This document shows, piece after piece, positions 1 to 11,157 of a stretch of 64,000 bases of DNA. The DNA is taken from positions 8,453-72,452 of the forward strand of contig JBAXEI010000004.1 of NCBI GenBank assembly GCA_037140515.1, written 5' to 3'. The notes below the pieces were generated by a model. That model made no database searches and had not been told where the DNA came from. It saw only the letters and a program-made list of their open reading frames with translations. Source of the stretch: Candidatus Berkelbacteria bacterium (GTDB taxonomy: Bacteria > Patescibacteriota > UBA1384 > XYA2-FULL-43-10 > 1-14-0-10-43-13). Both the position numbers and the translations under genes were made by a program. Numbering within the stretch: the stretch's first letter is position 1; every line of letters starts with the position of its first letter.

Positions 1-37
1 TCCCGCAATTTCTTGTTAGAAATTACGGGAAATGTAA

Positions 38-706
38 TTATTTTTTGCTACTGGCTTGTTTGAACCAGTAGTCCTCAGGCGCCCATTCGTATCTTATCGA
101 TACATGGGCAGTGTCTGGTGAACTTTTTATCCACCAATCACCAACTGGCACATATCCGTGCTCTTTGCAGATTTGATCCCGCAGCGCAATTAATTCTGCG
201 ACGGAGCCGTTCTTGTAGTGAAGTTCACCGCCATTGGTTGCCCAAGGACGATAGCTTTCAATAGTGAATTCACCTCTAAGTTTCGGGTCCAGAAAGACTT
301 TTTCGACTTTCTGAATCTTCGACATGAAGATGACATGATTGATTCCGCGCCAGATTCCTCCCACGAGGACGATCAAGGCGACAACGATCATGGTGCCAAT
401 TTGCACCTTATCATTGGCTCGTATCCCTAAGAACGCGAAGCCAACGATGGACACTATGCCACAAAGCGCGGCTAAAGCGATAATACCTACGGTGTAAAGT
501 AGCTCCACACGGTAGAGAATCATCATTGCCACAATGGCGATAATACCGACAACAGCCAGAATTTTTTTAATCTTTCTGCCGCTGCGTTTTTTTGATACTG
601 TATTCATTTTCAATCCCCTTTTGCCACAATGCTTACTACGATTAAGCGAATTGTTAAATATATTATACTCTCTTTTTTGATATTTGTCAATAGAGTGATG
701 TAGCAA
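38..706 (-). CDS. Hypothetical membrane protein (N-terminal TM helices, C-terminal soluble domain)
   Basis: The ORF is 222 aa. Hydrophobic segments (ILAVVGIIAIVAMMILY and VGIIALAALCGIVSIVGFAFLGI) are followed by a Trp/Tyr-rich C-terminal domain. No family was recognised. Confidence 0.4.
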   Translation of the reverse strand: MLHHSIDKYQKREYNIFNNSLNRSKHCGKRGLKMNTVSKKRSGRKIKKILAVVGIIAIVAMMILYRVELLYTVGIIALAALCGIVSIVGFAFLGIRANDKVQIGTMIVVALIVLVGGIWRGINHVIFMSKIQKVEKVFLDPKLRGEFTIESYRPWATNGGELHYKNGSVAELIALRDQICKEHGYVPVGDWWIKSSPDTAHVSIRYEWAPEDYWFKQASSKK

Positions 707-873
707 TGCCTCGATGGTTGGTGTTTTTTAGCGGTTTATTATCTCCTAGCCGAGATAATTTAGCCAAACGAATACAGGCTTCAGCTATCCACTGATTCTT
801 GTTTACATTGATTCATATTAGATGATAAAATATATAAAATAGCTATTATTATAATTAATTTGCGAGACTACTT

Positions 874-1227
874 ATGAGCCAAGCACTAAACCAAACGATT
901 AAAGACGTCATGGAGAGCGATATTTTTGTTTATCTGAAACTCGAAGAAATGCCAGAAGATGATAAGGCAAAAATGATCGAAAACGTTCTAAGTTCTTTGA
1001 AAAGCCGCGTTATGCTTCGTGTCGCAGATTATCTTGAAGAACAGGGCAAATTTGAAGAATTCAAATCAATATTAAACGAAGATACACCAAGCGACGAGAA
1101 GATCAACACATATCTTACCGACAACAAGGTGCCAGTTGATGTTTTCACCGCCGAAGAATCAATTATACTAAAAGCAGAAATTATGGGCCTTAAACCACAG
1201 ATTGCTGGAGGAAAAGATGCTAGGTAG
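874..1227 (+). CDS. Small acidic helical protein, translationally coupled to the downstream giant gene
   Basis: The ORF is 117 aa and Glu/Asp-rich. Its stop codon (TAG, 1225-1227) overlaps the ATG at 1217 of the next gene. A TATAAT-like box lies at about 850-855. Confidence 0.4.
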   Translation: MSQALNQTIKDVMESDIFVYLKLEEMPEDDKAKMIENVLSSLKSRVMLRVADYLEEQGKFEEFKSILNEDTPSDEKINTYLTDNKVPVDVFTAEESIILKAEIMGLKPQIAGGKDAR

Positions 1228-4200
1228 TTATGAATCAAGCATGGGCTCAGCAGATGAAGAGGCAATGAAGTTCAAGGCCACACCCGATCATGATGAGAAG
1301 ACCCCAAAAGCTCCATACGAGGAGGCAGTGGATACAGTAGATCCCGTAATGAAGTCATACGAATCAGGAAAAACTCCTTATGAGCCAACTCTCGCCCCAG
1401 ATCCAATCACTCCATACGAACCTGGCGAGACTCCATACGAGCCGACTATAGCTCCGTACGAACCTGGCAAGACTCCATACGAGCCGACCCTAACCCCAGA
1501 TCCAATCACTCCATACGAGCCTGGATTGACTCCATATGAGCCGACTGTTGCACCAGAAACTCTTGATTTTCGTGCAGAAGCACTCAAACTGATAAATGCG
1601 CTTTCGGAAAGAGATAATGCAAGAGCCTTAGAGAGATACGCCGGCCAAAAGCCTCTTGGCGCTCTTTCTAGCGCACTTCGGCTTTTTAGATTGAGAAACC
1701 AAGCAGCATGGGTTGACAAAACCATCAATGATCCCATCTCTCGCGGACTAGCACCAATATATACTTTTCTAGATCGAGTCGGTGAAAGATCCATCTCAAA
1801 CGATGCAGAGCTTACAGTCGACGAGAACCTGGAAAATGCTGGCAAATACACCAAAACGCCTTGGTGGCGCAAAGCACTAAAAATCGGCGCAAAAGTCGCT
1901 GGTGGAATCGGCGTAGCAGGCGCAATGGTGATGACTGGTGGAGCCGGCATTGCCACTTCCCTCCTCTGGGCAGGTGGTTTGAAGGAAGCATACGATGGTG
2001 CCGCACAGACGATAGAACAGATAGGCTGGGGAAATAAACGAGCTCAAGCCGAGCTTGGTTGCCAAGCAGAGCTTACAACGCTTACCGACGCTCTAAAAGC
2101 GCGTGTTATGAACGAAGCCGAACCACTCACGCCTGAAGAATTTAGCGCGATGGTACAGAATATCCTTGAGACCGAAGCTACTCTGATGGCACAGCAAGAG
2201 AAAAATGCTTGCGGCGAAGCTAAAGGCAAAGTGATCAGATCTATTGCGACCTCAGCCGCGACACTAGGCACTGGTCTCCTTGCAGGCGTTCCTGTCGGCG
2301 AGGTCAACTATGATAACAACAACACCGCACTCGCCGAATCGCTCCACTCTGCAACCGGCGATCAAGCGCTAAAAGCAATGGACGAATCCCATAGAGTTTT
2401 TTGGAGTGCACTTAAGGGTGGACAATTTGCCTACAACCATACAGAAGGAATCTCTGGTGCGATCAATGATTCACTAAATGGAGCCACAGCTACTGGGGCA
2501 GAGATAGACAAAGTCAATAATTTAGTAAATTGGCTAAACGTGACTATGAAGGGCGAATTTGGATCATTTAGCCTTGCAACCACAGACACATACGGCCAAA
2601 CTGCTCATGAACTTGGTAGAACCCTAGCAAATCTTGACTGGACAAAAATTGGCGCCGCTGGTGCATATCTGATTGGAGAGATGTTTTCACATGGCAAGAA
2701 GAAGAAAGAGCCAACACCTTATGAACCTGACGTTGTTCCATACGAACCAGATGTCGTTCCTTATGAGCCAGACATTGCCCCAGATGAACCAGACAAGAAA
2801 AAGAAAAGAGAAACAATAGGTGATGATGGTCCTGCAATACGCGCTCCTGGAACATATGAGCCTGGCGACGCAGAAGAAGATCCTGATGAAGAAAAAAGTG
2901 AGGACATAAGTGAGGACATCGAAAAATACGTTGACAAAGAGAAGAAGGCCACGGACAAATACTTCGGGAGAATGACAGAAGAGTACAAGAAGACAGTTGA
3001 AGCTGTCGCTGAAGATCTGCCACCAATGAAAGATGAGTGTCGCTTCTCTGTTTGCGTCCCAGCTGCCTATTCTGAGCATCATGTCATCTACGGCTATCTC
3101 GATTCATTTTTGGGACAGGAAAACCAAGATGGCACGCCGCTCAATCCAGATTCCTATGAGATAAATATCTTCGTGAACGGCACCGTCGACAAAGCCGCGG
3201 ACATTGCTGCTACAGTTGCCGAAGTTAATAAATTCAAAGCCGCTCATCCAGAGATAAACGTAAATGTCATTAGCAAGGGCTACGAGGAAAGAAAACCTCT
3301 TGGATATTTACGAAAAGTAGTAAACGACCAAGCACTTTTGCGAGCTAGCCAACGTGGAAACTCTGAAGGGCCAGTCTACTTGGTCTCTCATGATGCTGAT
3401 GTCCGTATGAGCGACAAAAACTATTTTGCAAGAGCGATGAAACTCGATCAAAATTATGAAGTCAAGGTTCTAGCTGGCAACATCGACTATTCCAAAGAAG
3501 TAAAACAAAAATATCCTTTCCTCTGGGTCGCCAGAAGACTGTGGCAATATCTTGATTTGGTCCGCACTTCAGTCCCTGGAGAAGTTAGTTTTCAACGAAA
3601 AGCCGTCGGCGCTAATACATTTGTTCGTGGCGAATCATACGCCAACGTCAACGGATTTAATTCGCTCGATAGAGTTGCAGAGGATTTGAACTTGGCTGCA
3701 AAGATCAAAAATCGCGAGGGCTTCAAACCTTCCGCAAAAAATACTATTGATGGTATGGATGTCCGTCTAGATGTGTCTGAAAGAAGAGACATCGATCAGC
3801 TCGCAAAAGGCGAGACGTTGATCAGAGGATATGACAAGTTTGAAGAGAACGATCATGTCAGAGAGAAATACAAAATTGATGAGGAAAAGCTAGGTGAAAT
3901 AAATCCCGACAATGAAGAAATGTTCAAGAAATACTTAGAAAGAGAGCTATCAGAGCAATACACTCATCTTTTTCGAGATATCTTTACCAGAGTTAGCGAC
4001 AGAGAGCCTGAGATGAAAGCAGCTATTGATAGAGGTGCACCAAAATCTGAAAGAGTAGTAATAGAGAATAAAAATCTGAAAAGTAAGATTGGCACGGACG
4101 CTATCGCCCAGGCAAATCAGGTAGCAAAGAGAGCGTGCGGATTTCTTGGCATCAGCTTCACGGCAGCGCCAAGCCCAGATGGCGATAGATATGTATGCAC

Positions 4201-4258
4201 TATAACTGATTGGTCAAAGCTCAAGAACGATCTCAAAGAATCACTTGGCAAAATGTAA
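1217..4258 (+). CDS. Giant repeat protein with Pro-rich TPYEPT/PYEPG tandem repeats, a glycine-zipper hydrophobic segment and a C-terminal GT-A (GT2-like) glycosyltransferase domain
   Basis: The ORF track opens the frame at 1202 (a TTG reading). An ATG at 1217 preceded by GGAGGAAAAG is the more plausible start. The sequence TPYEPTLAPDPITPYEPGETPYEPT is repeated, and a second block reads PYEPDVVPYEPDVVPYEPD. A hydrophobic glycine-rich stretch reads KIGAKVAGGIGVAGAMVMTGGAGIATSLLWAGG. The C-terminus reads FSVCVPAAYSEHH...YEINIFVNGTVD...VYLVSHDADVRMSD, which is laid out like a GT2 domain with a DxD motif. Confidence 0.6.
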   Translation: MLGSYESSMGSADEEAMKFKATPDHDEKTPKAPYEEAVDTVDPVMKSYESGKTPYEPTLAPDPITPYEPGETPYEPTIAPYEPGKTPYEPTLTPDPITPYEPGLTPYEPTVAPETLDFRAEALKLINALSERDNARALERYAGQKPLGALSSALRLFRLRNQAAWVDKTINDPISRGLAPIYTFLDRVGERSISNDAELTVDENLENAGKYTKTPWWRKALKIGAKVAGGIGVAGAMVMTGGAGIATSLLWAGGLKEAYDGAAQTIEQIGWGNKRAQAELGCQAELTTLTDALKARVMNEAEPLTPEEFSAMVQNILETEATLMAQQEKNACGEAKGKVIRSIATSAATLGTGLLAGVPVGEVNYDNNNTALAESLHSATGDQALKAMDESHRVFWSALKGGQFAYNHTEGISGAINDSLNGATATGAEIDKVNNLVNWLNVTMKGEFGSFSLATTDTYGQTAHELGRTLANLDWTKIGAAGAYLIGEMFSHGKKKKEPTPYEPDVVPYEPDVVPYEPDIAPDEPDKKKKRETIGDDGPAIRAPGTYEPGDAEEDPDEEKSEDISEDIEKYVDKEKKATDKYFGRMTEEYKKTVEAVAEDLPPMKDECRFSVCVPAAYSEHHVIYGYLDSFLGQENQDGTPLNPDSYEINIFVNGTVDKAADIAATVAEVNKFKAAHPEINVNVISKGYEERKPLGYLRKVVNDQALLRASQRGNSEGPVYLVSHDADVRMSDKNYFARAMKLDQNYEVKVLAGNIDYSKEVKQKYPFLWVARRLWQYLDLVRTSVPGEVSFQRKAVGANTFVRGESYANVNGFNSLDRVAEDLNLAAKIKNREGFKPSAKNTIDGMDVRLDVSERRDIDQLAKGETLIRGYDKFEENDHVREKYKIDEEKLGEINPDNEEMFKKYLERELSEQYTHLFRDIFTRVSDREPEMKAAIDRGAPKSERVVIENKNLKSKIGTDAIAQANQVAKRACGFLGISFTAAPSPDGDRYVCTITDWSKLKNDLKESLGKM
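1369..1552 (+). repeat. In-frame tandem DNA repeat (about 57 bp units) encoding KTPYEPTLAPDPITPYEPG
   Basis: Two near-identical 57 bp units lie at about 1369-1425 and 1469-1525, with shorter related units between them. A second, smaller repeat block lies at about 2703-2790. Confidence 0.7.
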
Positions 4259-4259
4259 T

Positions 4260-6140
4260 CTAACTTAATCTCTTCACGCCAGCAATCGCATTTCTGTTTT
4301 CTTTATCAATCTGAAGCGCTTGCTGGTACATCTTGAGAGCCTCTTCTCTACTGTCTATTTTCTCTAAAGCAATCCCTAGATTTGAATAAATCCAGGAACC
4401 TTTGGGGTATAGCTCTACACATTCACGCAAAAGCGGGATTGCTTTATCGTATTGTTCAATATGCATTAAAGTGGCAGACAAATCTGCTTTTGCCCTAAAT
4501 GTAATATTGTTGTCTTTTGAGGTCGAGATAACGATATTAAAACAGTCAATCGCCTGATAAAATTTCCTTGCTTTAACTAGCTTCACAGCTAAAACATAAT
4601 TATCTTTTGGATCAAGTAAAATTTCTCTTGATTCAGTATTTGTGTCATCTAGCTCAATAGCACGATTATATGCGCGAAGTGACTCAGGATAGCTGCCGAG
4701 TCGACCGAGTATTTTTGCTTTTAGAGCTTGAAAAGAAGCATTCTCAGAAAGATCAGTTTCGATATCCTTGATCATTTGAGCAGCCTCCACCAAATGAGCT
4801 TCTGTGCCGATACCAAGCTTCGCCAAAACTTTGTCATAGGTAAACCAAGGATCGCGAACTGGATGGTCCTGTTCGAACTCTTCTAACAAGCGCAACGCTT
4901 TTTGCGACTTACCCATCGATAGCAAAACCACTGCTTCTTTCTGCCTCGTATCACCATCTTCAGTCCCTTTGAGCTCTTTGGCCTCTCTACGATTATTTGT
5001 CTTCTCGTAGACAAGCTTGGCATCTGTATCTTGCAATGAAGACATTTCCTGTTTTTTTAGTGGCAAATTTAGATTTTCTTTTAGGACAGCTACATTGATT
5101 GCTCTTTTTTCTGGGTTTGCTGACGAAATATGGCGCTGGTGATAACAAAAGCCACCTGTGTTTGGTATTACAAAGTTACCGAGCGAGATCAGTCTAGCAG
5201 TCAGATCTTCGTCTTCTGCACCGTAGCCAATATATCTATCATCATAACCAGCATATGTTTGAGCAAAATCCTCACGTTTTCCACTAACAGACATTCCCCA
5301 AGCTATCGAATAGATTCGCCAATCGTAGGCGTCGTCGCCGATATCAATAGGAAGCTGTTTATTGTGGCCACTAAGTTTGAGCCACTGACTATCCTCCATA
5401 CCACGATTAGCTACCCGAGGATCATTACCAATCTTTTGGGGCAACTGTGCAAGCGATCCCTCTGCTATGCTTTCTGGTGATAGCCGTGAGTCGTTACTGT
5501 CAATCTCGTCACGGAAGCCAAACATAACTACATTATCAAGAACTTCATGACGCTTCATATACTCTTCAATCATTGTAGGCGTATACACGACGTCTGGATC
5601 AGTCATTATAAGTATATCTCCAGAGCTTCTGATTGCACCGGAATATCTAGCTTTTGCAGCTCGGCCGTTGCTCTGGCGAAAAACTTTGATATTTAGATCC
5701 GACAAGCCAAGAGCTTCTATCTCTTCACCGATATTCTCGTCTGGAGATCCATCATCTACTACAACAACTTCTAGCTGCTGAGGGTATTTCGCGTTAAAAG
5801 TGCTTGCCTGTATCGAAAGCAAACTCTGTTTGAGACGGAGAAAATTATTATATGCAGGGACAACGACAGAGCAAGTTTTTGTGATCGCGATATCGTGTTT
5901 TTCTGATTCATATGGATCAGAAATAAGTTCACAACCCGTTTTTTTTTGATATTCTATTTCCGCTGAAGTATAGTCATTATCAAAAAACTCCAAAGTTTCA
6001 TACACGCTACGACCTTCCTGACGCATTTGTTCAGAAATGGCACGACGTTCACCAGAAATCTTCTCAAATTCAGTTTTTTTCTCGACTTGCGGATCTTTAA
6101 TTACCTCAACTTCAGATCTTTCACTCACAATACTCCTCAT
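4260..6140 (-). CDS. Family 2 glycosyltransferase fused to a C-terminal TPR-repeat domain
   Basis: The GT2 signature reads VVVPAYNNFLRLKQSLLSIQ and VVVVDDGSPDEN. The C-terminal 250 aa carry TPR-like repeats (AYNRAIELDD and ALKMYQQALQIDKEN). The gene is convergent with the giant repeat protein with no spacer. Confidence 0.7.
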   Translation of the reverse strand: MRSIVSERSEVEVIKDPQVEKKTEFEKISGERRAISEQMRQEGRSVYETLEFFDNDYTSAEIEYQKKTGCELISDPYESEKHDIAITKTCSVVVPAYNNFLRLKQSLLSIQASTFNAKYPQQLEVVVVDDGSPDENIGEEIEALGLSDLNIKVFRQSNGRAAKARYSGAIRSSGDILIMTDPDVVYTPTMIEEYMKRHEVLDNVVMFGFRDEIDSNDSRLSPESIAEGSLAQLPQKIGNDPRVANRGMEDSQWLKLSGHNKQLPIDIGDDAYDWRIYSIAWGMSVSGKREDFAQTYAGYDDRYIGYGAEDEDLTARLISLGNFVIPNTGGFCYHQRHISSANPEKRAINVAVLKENLNLPLKKQEMSSLQDTDAKLVYEKTNNRREAKELKGTEDGDTRQKEAVVLLSMGKSQKALRLLEEFEQDHPVRDPWFTYDKVLAKLGIGTEAHLVEAAQMIKDIETDLSENASFQALKAKILGRLGSYPESLRAYNRAIELDDTNTESREILLDPKDNYVLAVKLVKARKFYQAIDCFNIVISTSKDNNITFRAKADLSATLMHIEQYDKAIPLLRECVELYPKGSWIYSNLGIALEKIDSREEALKMYQQALQIDKENRNAIAGVKRLS

Positions 6141-6194
6141 TTTTATACATCAAGTATACCATGACAGGGGGAGGCGCCACAACGAGCTTGTTAT

Positions 6195-6236
6195 TAAAAA
6201 AATCACTAATATCTTTACAGATGTTAGTGATTTTTT
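6195..6236 (-). terminator. Rho-independent terminator downstream of tRNA-Asp
   Basis: A perfect 8 bp stem (ATCACTAA / TTAGTGAT) is flanked by an A-run and a T-run. Coordinates are approximate. Confidence 0.5.
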
Positions 6237-6237
6237 A

Positions 6238-6314
6238 TGGCGGGATCGGCCGGACTCGAACCGGTGACCTCCACAGTGACAGTGTGGCGTTCTAACCAAC
6301 TGAACTACGACCCC
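6238..6314 (-). tRNA. tRNA-Asp (GTC)
   Basis: The reverse complement folds as a cloverleaf with acceptor stem GGGGTCG/CGATCCC, anticodon loop CTGTCAC, T-loop GGTTCGAGTCC and an encoded CCA. Confidence 0.85.
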
Positions 6315-6381
6315 ATATAATCAAATGAGATTGTATCAATTTTTACGAGAAAAATCAATATTCAGCTGGCAGACAGAGAAA

Positions 6382-6864
6382 CTAACGTCTTCGCTTCTTT
6401 CCCTTACCTAATTTGATAAATTTTACATAGCCTAAAATCATAACAATTATGAGGCCAACCGTCACAAGTGCGAAGCGATACATACTATTATCACTCTCAA
6501 AACCACGAATTATAGCATAGAGCAAGGTTAGGAGCCCGCCAAGCAAGAAGCCATCGGTCACGATTGCTGTGTTCAGCAATAATGTCAGACTAAGTACGAG
6601 GAGCAGAACTGCAGCCACAACAGCGATCATTGAGACGTTTCTGCCATGAATTGCGGCTACTTTTTGATAATCAGCCATCTTTTTATCATAATCTTTTTGG
6701 ATTTGTTTATCTTCTGCAGACATTTGAACAGGTGTTTTCTCGCTATACTGGAGCTCAATAGGGTATTCCGGTGCCTTTGGGCTGTTGTAAAAAGCTTCGA
6801 TTCCGAGACCGACAAAAAAGGCAAGAATCACACCGAGAAAGAAAATGTACAGGAACTTTAACAT
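6382..6864 (-). CDS. Hypothetical membrane protein
   Basis: The ORF is 160 aa with 3-4 predicted TM helices and a central hydrophilic loop that carries a KQIQKDYDKKMADYQK motif. Confidence 0.4.
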   Translation of the reverse strand: MLKFLYIFFLGVILAFFVGLGIEAFYNSPKAPEYPIELQYSEKTPVQMSAEDKQIQKDYDKKMADYQKVAAIHGRNVSMIAVVAAVLLLVLSLTLLLNTAIVTDGFLLGGLLTLLYAIIRGFESDNSMYRFALVTVGLIIVMILGYVKFIKLGKGKKRRR

Positions 6865-6971
6865 AGCCCTCCTTTATTTATTTTCTATATTATACAACTT
6901 CTTGTAAAGAGCAGATACAAAATATTAGTTTTTTGCAATGATATACAGTGGATTATTTTGTCTAGAACTAG

Positions 6972-7310
6972 CTAAAGGGGATAAATGGCGACAACAGCCA
7001 TAACGCCGTCTTGCATAATACCCTCTACCCGGACTTGCTGGCCAAGAAAAGAAGCAAACTCTATCGATGGGGAATTACTAATCAGGACAACATTATTTAA
7101 GGAAACTAGGGCAACGCCACTCGTAACTTGAGAATCGCGTAGCTCAAAGACATCGACATTTTTCGTGACAACTCCTCGAGCGATAGTAATACCTGATTCG
7201 ATGGCGGTGTCTGCGTGATATCCATGCAATGATAAATACCTAACAAAAAAGCCTGCCGAGAGGCCAGTTACAAGGATCAAGCACAAAGTAACAACATCTT
7301 TTTTTCTCAT
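6972..7310 (-). CDS. Hypothetical exported protein
   Basis: The ORF is 112 aa with an N-terminal signal or anchor sequence. Its start overlaps the stop of the upstream M23 peptidase gene by 4 nt. Confidence 0.4.
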   Translation of the reverse strand: MRKKDVVTLCLILVTGLSAGFFVRYLSLHGYHADTAIESGITIARGVVTKNVDVFELRDSQVTSGVALVSLNNVVLISNSPSIEFASFLGQQVRVEGIMQDGVMAVVAIYPL

Positions 7311-8086
7311 GATTTTGGTATATTAAATGATTTTGGCAGTAAAAAATCTTCTTGTTGGTCAGGGTCAGTCAGACTAGGTTTGAAGAAACGATTTGCGGGA
7401 TAATCAGGCACAACCACTTTTTTCCAATCAGTTTGAATGAGCTTGCGCGGATTTATCGCCCAAGTTCCGTCTTCAACATATCGACGTAGTTCAAAGTGGA
7501 GATGAGGATTTACTGTGCCAGTTCGGCCTACGGAACCGATAACCTCCCCTTTTTTTACGTTTTGGCCCTCGATTACATCTACTTCTGATAGATGACCGTA
7601 AACCGTCTCATACCCCTCGATGTGTCTTATTGAAACAGTCCGTCCGTAGAGCTCACCAGCAAAGTATACAATGCCATCAGCTGCTGCTACAACAGGAGTA
7701 CCTTCTTTTGCGGAAAAATCTATGCCCTGATGACGGTTCTCTAGAGCAGGATATTTGTTGGCGTTGGTCTTGTTCAACTCAATAGCGCCAAACCAACCGT
7801 AGACAAACCATGTGTCACCGCTTCCAGCAACAAAGGCATTGTTTTTAGGGGTGAAGTTTGACCAACGCGATTCAACGTTGAATGGCAAGCTAAGAGTCAA
7901 TGTTGTGGGTGAATTTGGCTTTTCTGCCTTAACTAGCAGCTTATTCGGAAAAAAGTAAGCAGCTGAAAAAGCTAAAATAAAAGTCACAACATACAAAGTA
8001 TTTCTAAATAGTTTATTCATGATTGCTTCAATTATACGGCCAATAAAAATGGAAATCAAACTTTCCCAAAAAGCTATTAGAGACAA
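7307..8086 (-). CDS. M23 family metallopeptidase (LytM domain)
   Basis: The conserved block reads HQGIDFSAKEGTPVVAAADGIVYFAG...GRTVSIRH...YGHL...GSVGRTGTVNPHLHFEL. An N-terminal TM anchor is present. Confidence 0.8.
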   Translation of the reverse strand: MSLIAFWESLISIFIGRIIEAIMNKLFRNTLYVVTFILAFSAAYFFPNKLLVKAEKPNSPTTLTLSLPFNVESRWSNFTPKNNAFVAGSGDTWFVYGWFGAIELNKTNANKYPALENRHQGIDFSAKEGTPVVAAADGIVYFAGELYGRTVSIRHIEGYETVYGHLSEVDVIEGQNVKKGEVIGSVGRTGTVNPHLHFELRRYVEDGTWAINPRKLIQTDWKKVVVPDYPANRFFKPSLTDPDQQEDFLLPKSFNIPKS

Positions 8087-8165
8087 TATTTCTAGCCTTG
8101 AAAAATGAGTGTAAAAGCTGGTAAGATTTGAGCTGACAATATTTAATAAAAAACAAATTTAATAG

Positions 8166-9455
<1,290 letters not shown>

Positions 9456-9466
9456 TCTAAATCTAA

Positions 9467-10999
9467 TTGAAATACTCTATGGCAAGTAGAAACAAGGTTC
9501 TTTTGATCGTGCTCGATGGCTGGGGACATCGAGAAGAACGAGAGCACAACGCGATAGCAGAGGCTGAGACGCCCTATTTTGACCACTTGTGGACAACTTA
9601 TCCACATGCACTTCTGGAAGCCAGTGGCGAAGCGGTAGGTTTGCCTGAAGGCCAAATGGGTAACAGCGAAGTTGGCCACACCACAATTGGTGCTGGCAGA
9701 GTTATTTATACTGACTTTGTCAAAATCTCCAAATCGATCAGGGAGGGCACTTTTGGTCATAACGAGGCGATTATTACTCTTTTCGACCATATCAAGGAGC
9801 ACAATTCGACCTTACATCTGCAAAGTTTGATCGGTCCTGGCGGTGTCCATAGTCACATCGACCACCTCTACGCGGCCCTACGAGCCGCTAAGGCAGCAGG
9901 GATTACGAAGGTGGCGATTCATGCCTTCTCAGATGGCCGCGATACCCCACCACAGAGTGGAGCCGGCTACCTTTCTGATCTTGAGTCCATGATCGAAGAT
10001 CTTGGCATTGGCTTCATCGCTACGGTTACCGGCCGTTTCTATGCTATGGACCGCGACAACAACTGGGATCGCTTAAAGATCGCAGAAGACGCAATTTTTA
10101 AAGGAATTGGCGTTTCGAAAAAGATGAAGCCATCTGCAGCCTTGCATGAGCTTTATCGCGAAGATATTGTCGACGAGCACATCAAACCGATCATCTTTCT
10201 TGATCAAGACGATAAAAGTTGGCAAATAGAGCCAAATGATGGCATTTTTATGCTAAATTTCCGTTCAGATCGTGCTCGAATGCTTGCAAAAAATTTGATA
10301 GAGAAACAAGAAGAAATGAATCTAGCGATTGTAACCATGACAGAATATGACAAGAAATTTAATTCTCTGGTCGCTTTTATGCCTGAAGAAGCGGAAACAA
10401 CTCTTGCGCAAGAGATAGCTGAATCTGAGCTAACTCAAGAACATATCGCCGAAACGGAAAAGTTTGCACATGCAACATACTTTCTAAATGGTGGAGAAGA
10501 AACACCGCACCGACACGAGAAGCATACTCTCGTCAAAAGCCGAAAAGATGTGGACACTCACGACTTAGCGCCGGAAATGAAGGCTGCTGAAATCACTGAG
10601 AAAACGCTTGAGAGCATAAAGGATGGTACGGATTTAATTTTTGTTAACTACGCAAACCCAGATATGGTCGGCCACACCGCCAACAAAGATGCGTTACTTC
10701 AGGCAATCAGCTTCGTTGATCAGCAACTCAAACAGGTGACTGATGCTGCGCTAGAAAATAGCTATGCTGTACTCGTGACTGCAGACCACGGAAATGCTGA
10801 AATATATTTTGACAAAACAAATAATGAGAAGCATACCGCACACACGATAGATCCTGTGCCCCTCATTTTGGTTTCGAACAAAATCCAAGTCAAGAAGATC
10901 GACTCTGGCAGTCTACGCGATATTGCACCAACTATACTTAGTATCCTAGATCTAAAAGTTCCCGACACCATGACAGGACAAAACTTAATTAAAAAATAG
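9467..10999 (+). CDS. gpmI: 2,3-bisphosphoglycerate-independent phosphoglycerate mutase
   Basis: The N-terminus reads VLLIVLDGWGHREE. The protein is 510 aa with an iPGM domain layout, and the gene is adjacent to eno. Confidence 0.9.
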   Translation: MKYSMASRNKVLLIVLDGWGHREEREHNAIAEAETPYFDHLWTTYPHALLEASGEAVGLPEGQMGNSEVGHTTIGAGRVIYTDFVKISKSIREGTFGHNEAIITLFDHIKEHNSTLHLQSLIGPGGVHSHIDHLYAALRAAKAAGITKVAIHAFSDGRDTPPQSGAGYLSDLESMIEDLGIGFIATVTGRFYAMDRDNNWDRLKIAEDAIFKGIGVSKKMKPSAALHELYREDIVDEHIKPIIFLDQDDKSWQIEPNDGIFMLNFRSDRARMLAKNLIEKQEEMNLAIVTMTEYDKKFNSLVAFMPEEAETTLAQEIAESELTQEHIAETEKFAHATYFLNGGEETPHRHEKHTLVKSRKDVDTHDLAPEMKAAEITEKTLESIKDGTDLIFVNYANPDMVGHTANKDALLQAISFVDQQLKQVTDAALENSYAVLVTADHGNAEIYFDKTNNEKHTAHTIDPVPLILVSNKIQVKKIDSGSLRDIAPTILSILDLKVPDTMTGQNLIKK

Positions 11000-11020
11000 A
11001 GCCACTCGGCTCTATTTTTT
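10998..11020 (+). terminator. Rho-independent terminator after gpmI
   Basis: The hairpin AGAGCC-ACTC-GGCTCT is followed by TTTTTT. Confidence 0.5.
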
Positions 11021-11157
11021 AATATTTGTATATTTATCTGATTTCGTTTTCTTGGCGTGTTGGCTGTTCGTCCGCACTTCCAACCCAGCTCCATACGCTC
11101 CAAAGTGCGAGCACAATAGCGGCGATTGCCAAGACAAAAATCAGGGTCTTTTTGGTA

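Noticed and set aside
1378-3082. Several antisense ORFs (1378-1956, 2568-3026 and 2687-3082, minus strand) inside the giant repeat gene
   Set aside because: They are low-complexity translations of the reverse strand of the Pro/Glu-rich repeat region (GSYGV repeats, Leu/Gln runs). They have no start context and are fully nested in a much longer coherent ORF.
11023-11157. ORFs 10762-11103 and 11026-11247 in the gpmI to PPIase spacer
   Set aside because: They are short, overlap the gpmI terminator and each other, and give no recognisable protein. The region is more likely a plain intergenic spacer with a weak second hairpin.
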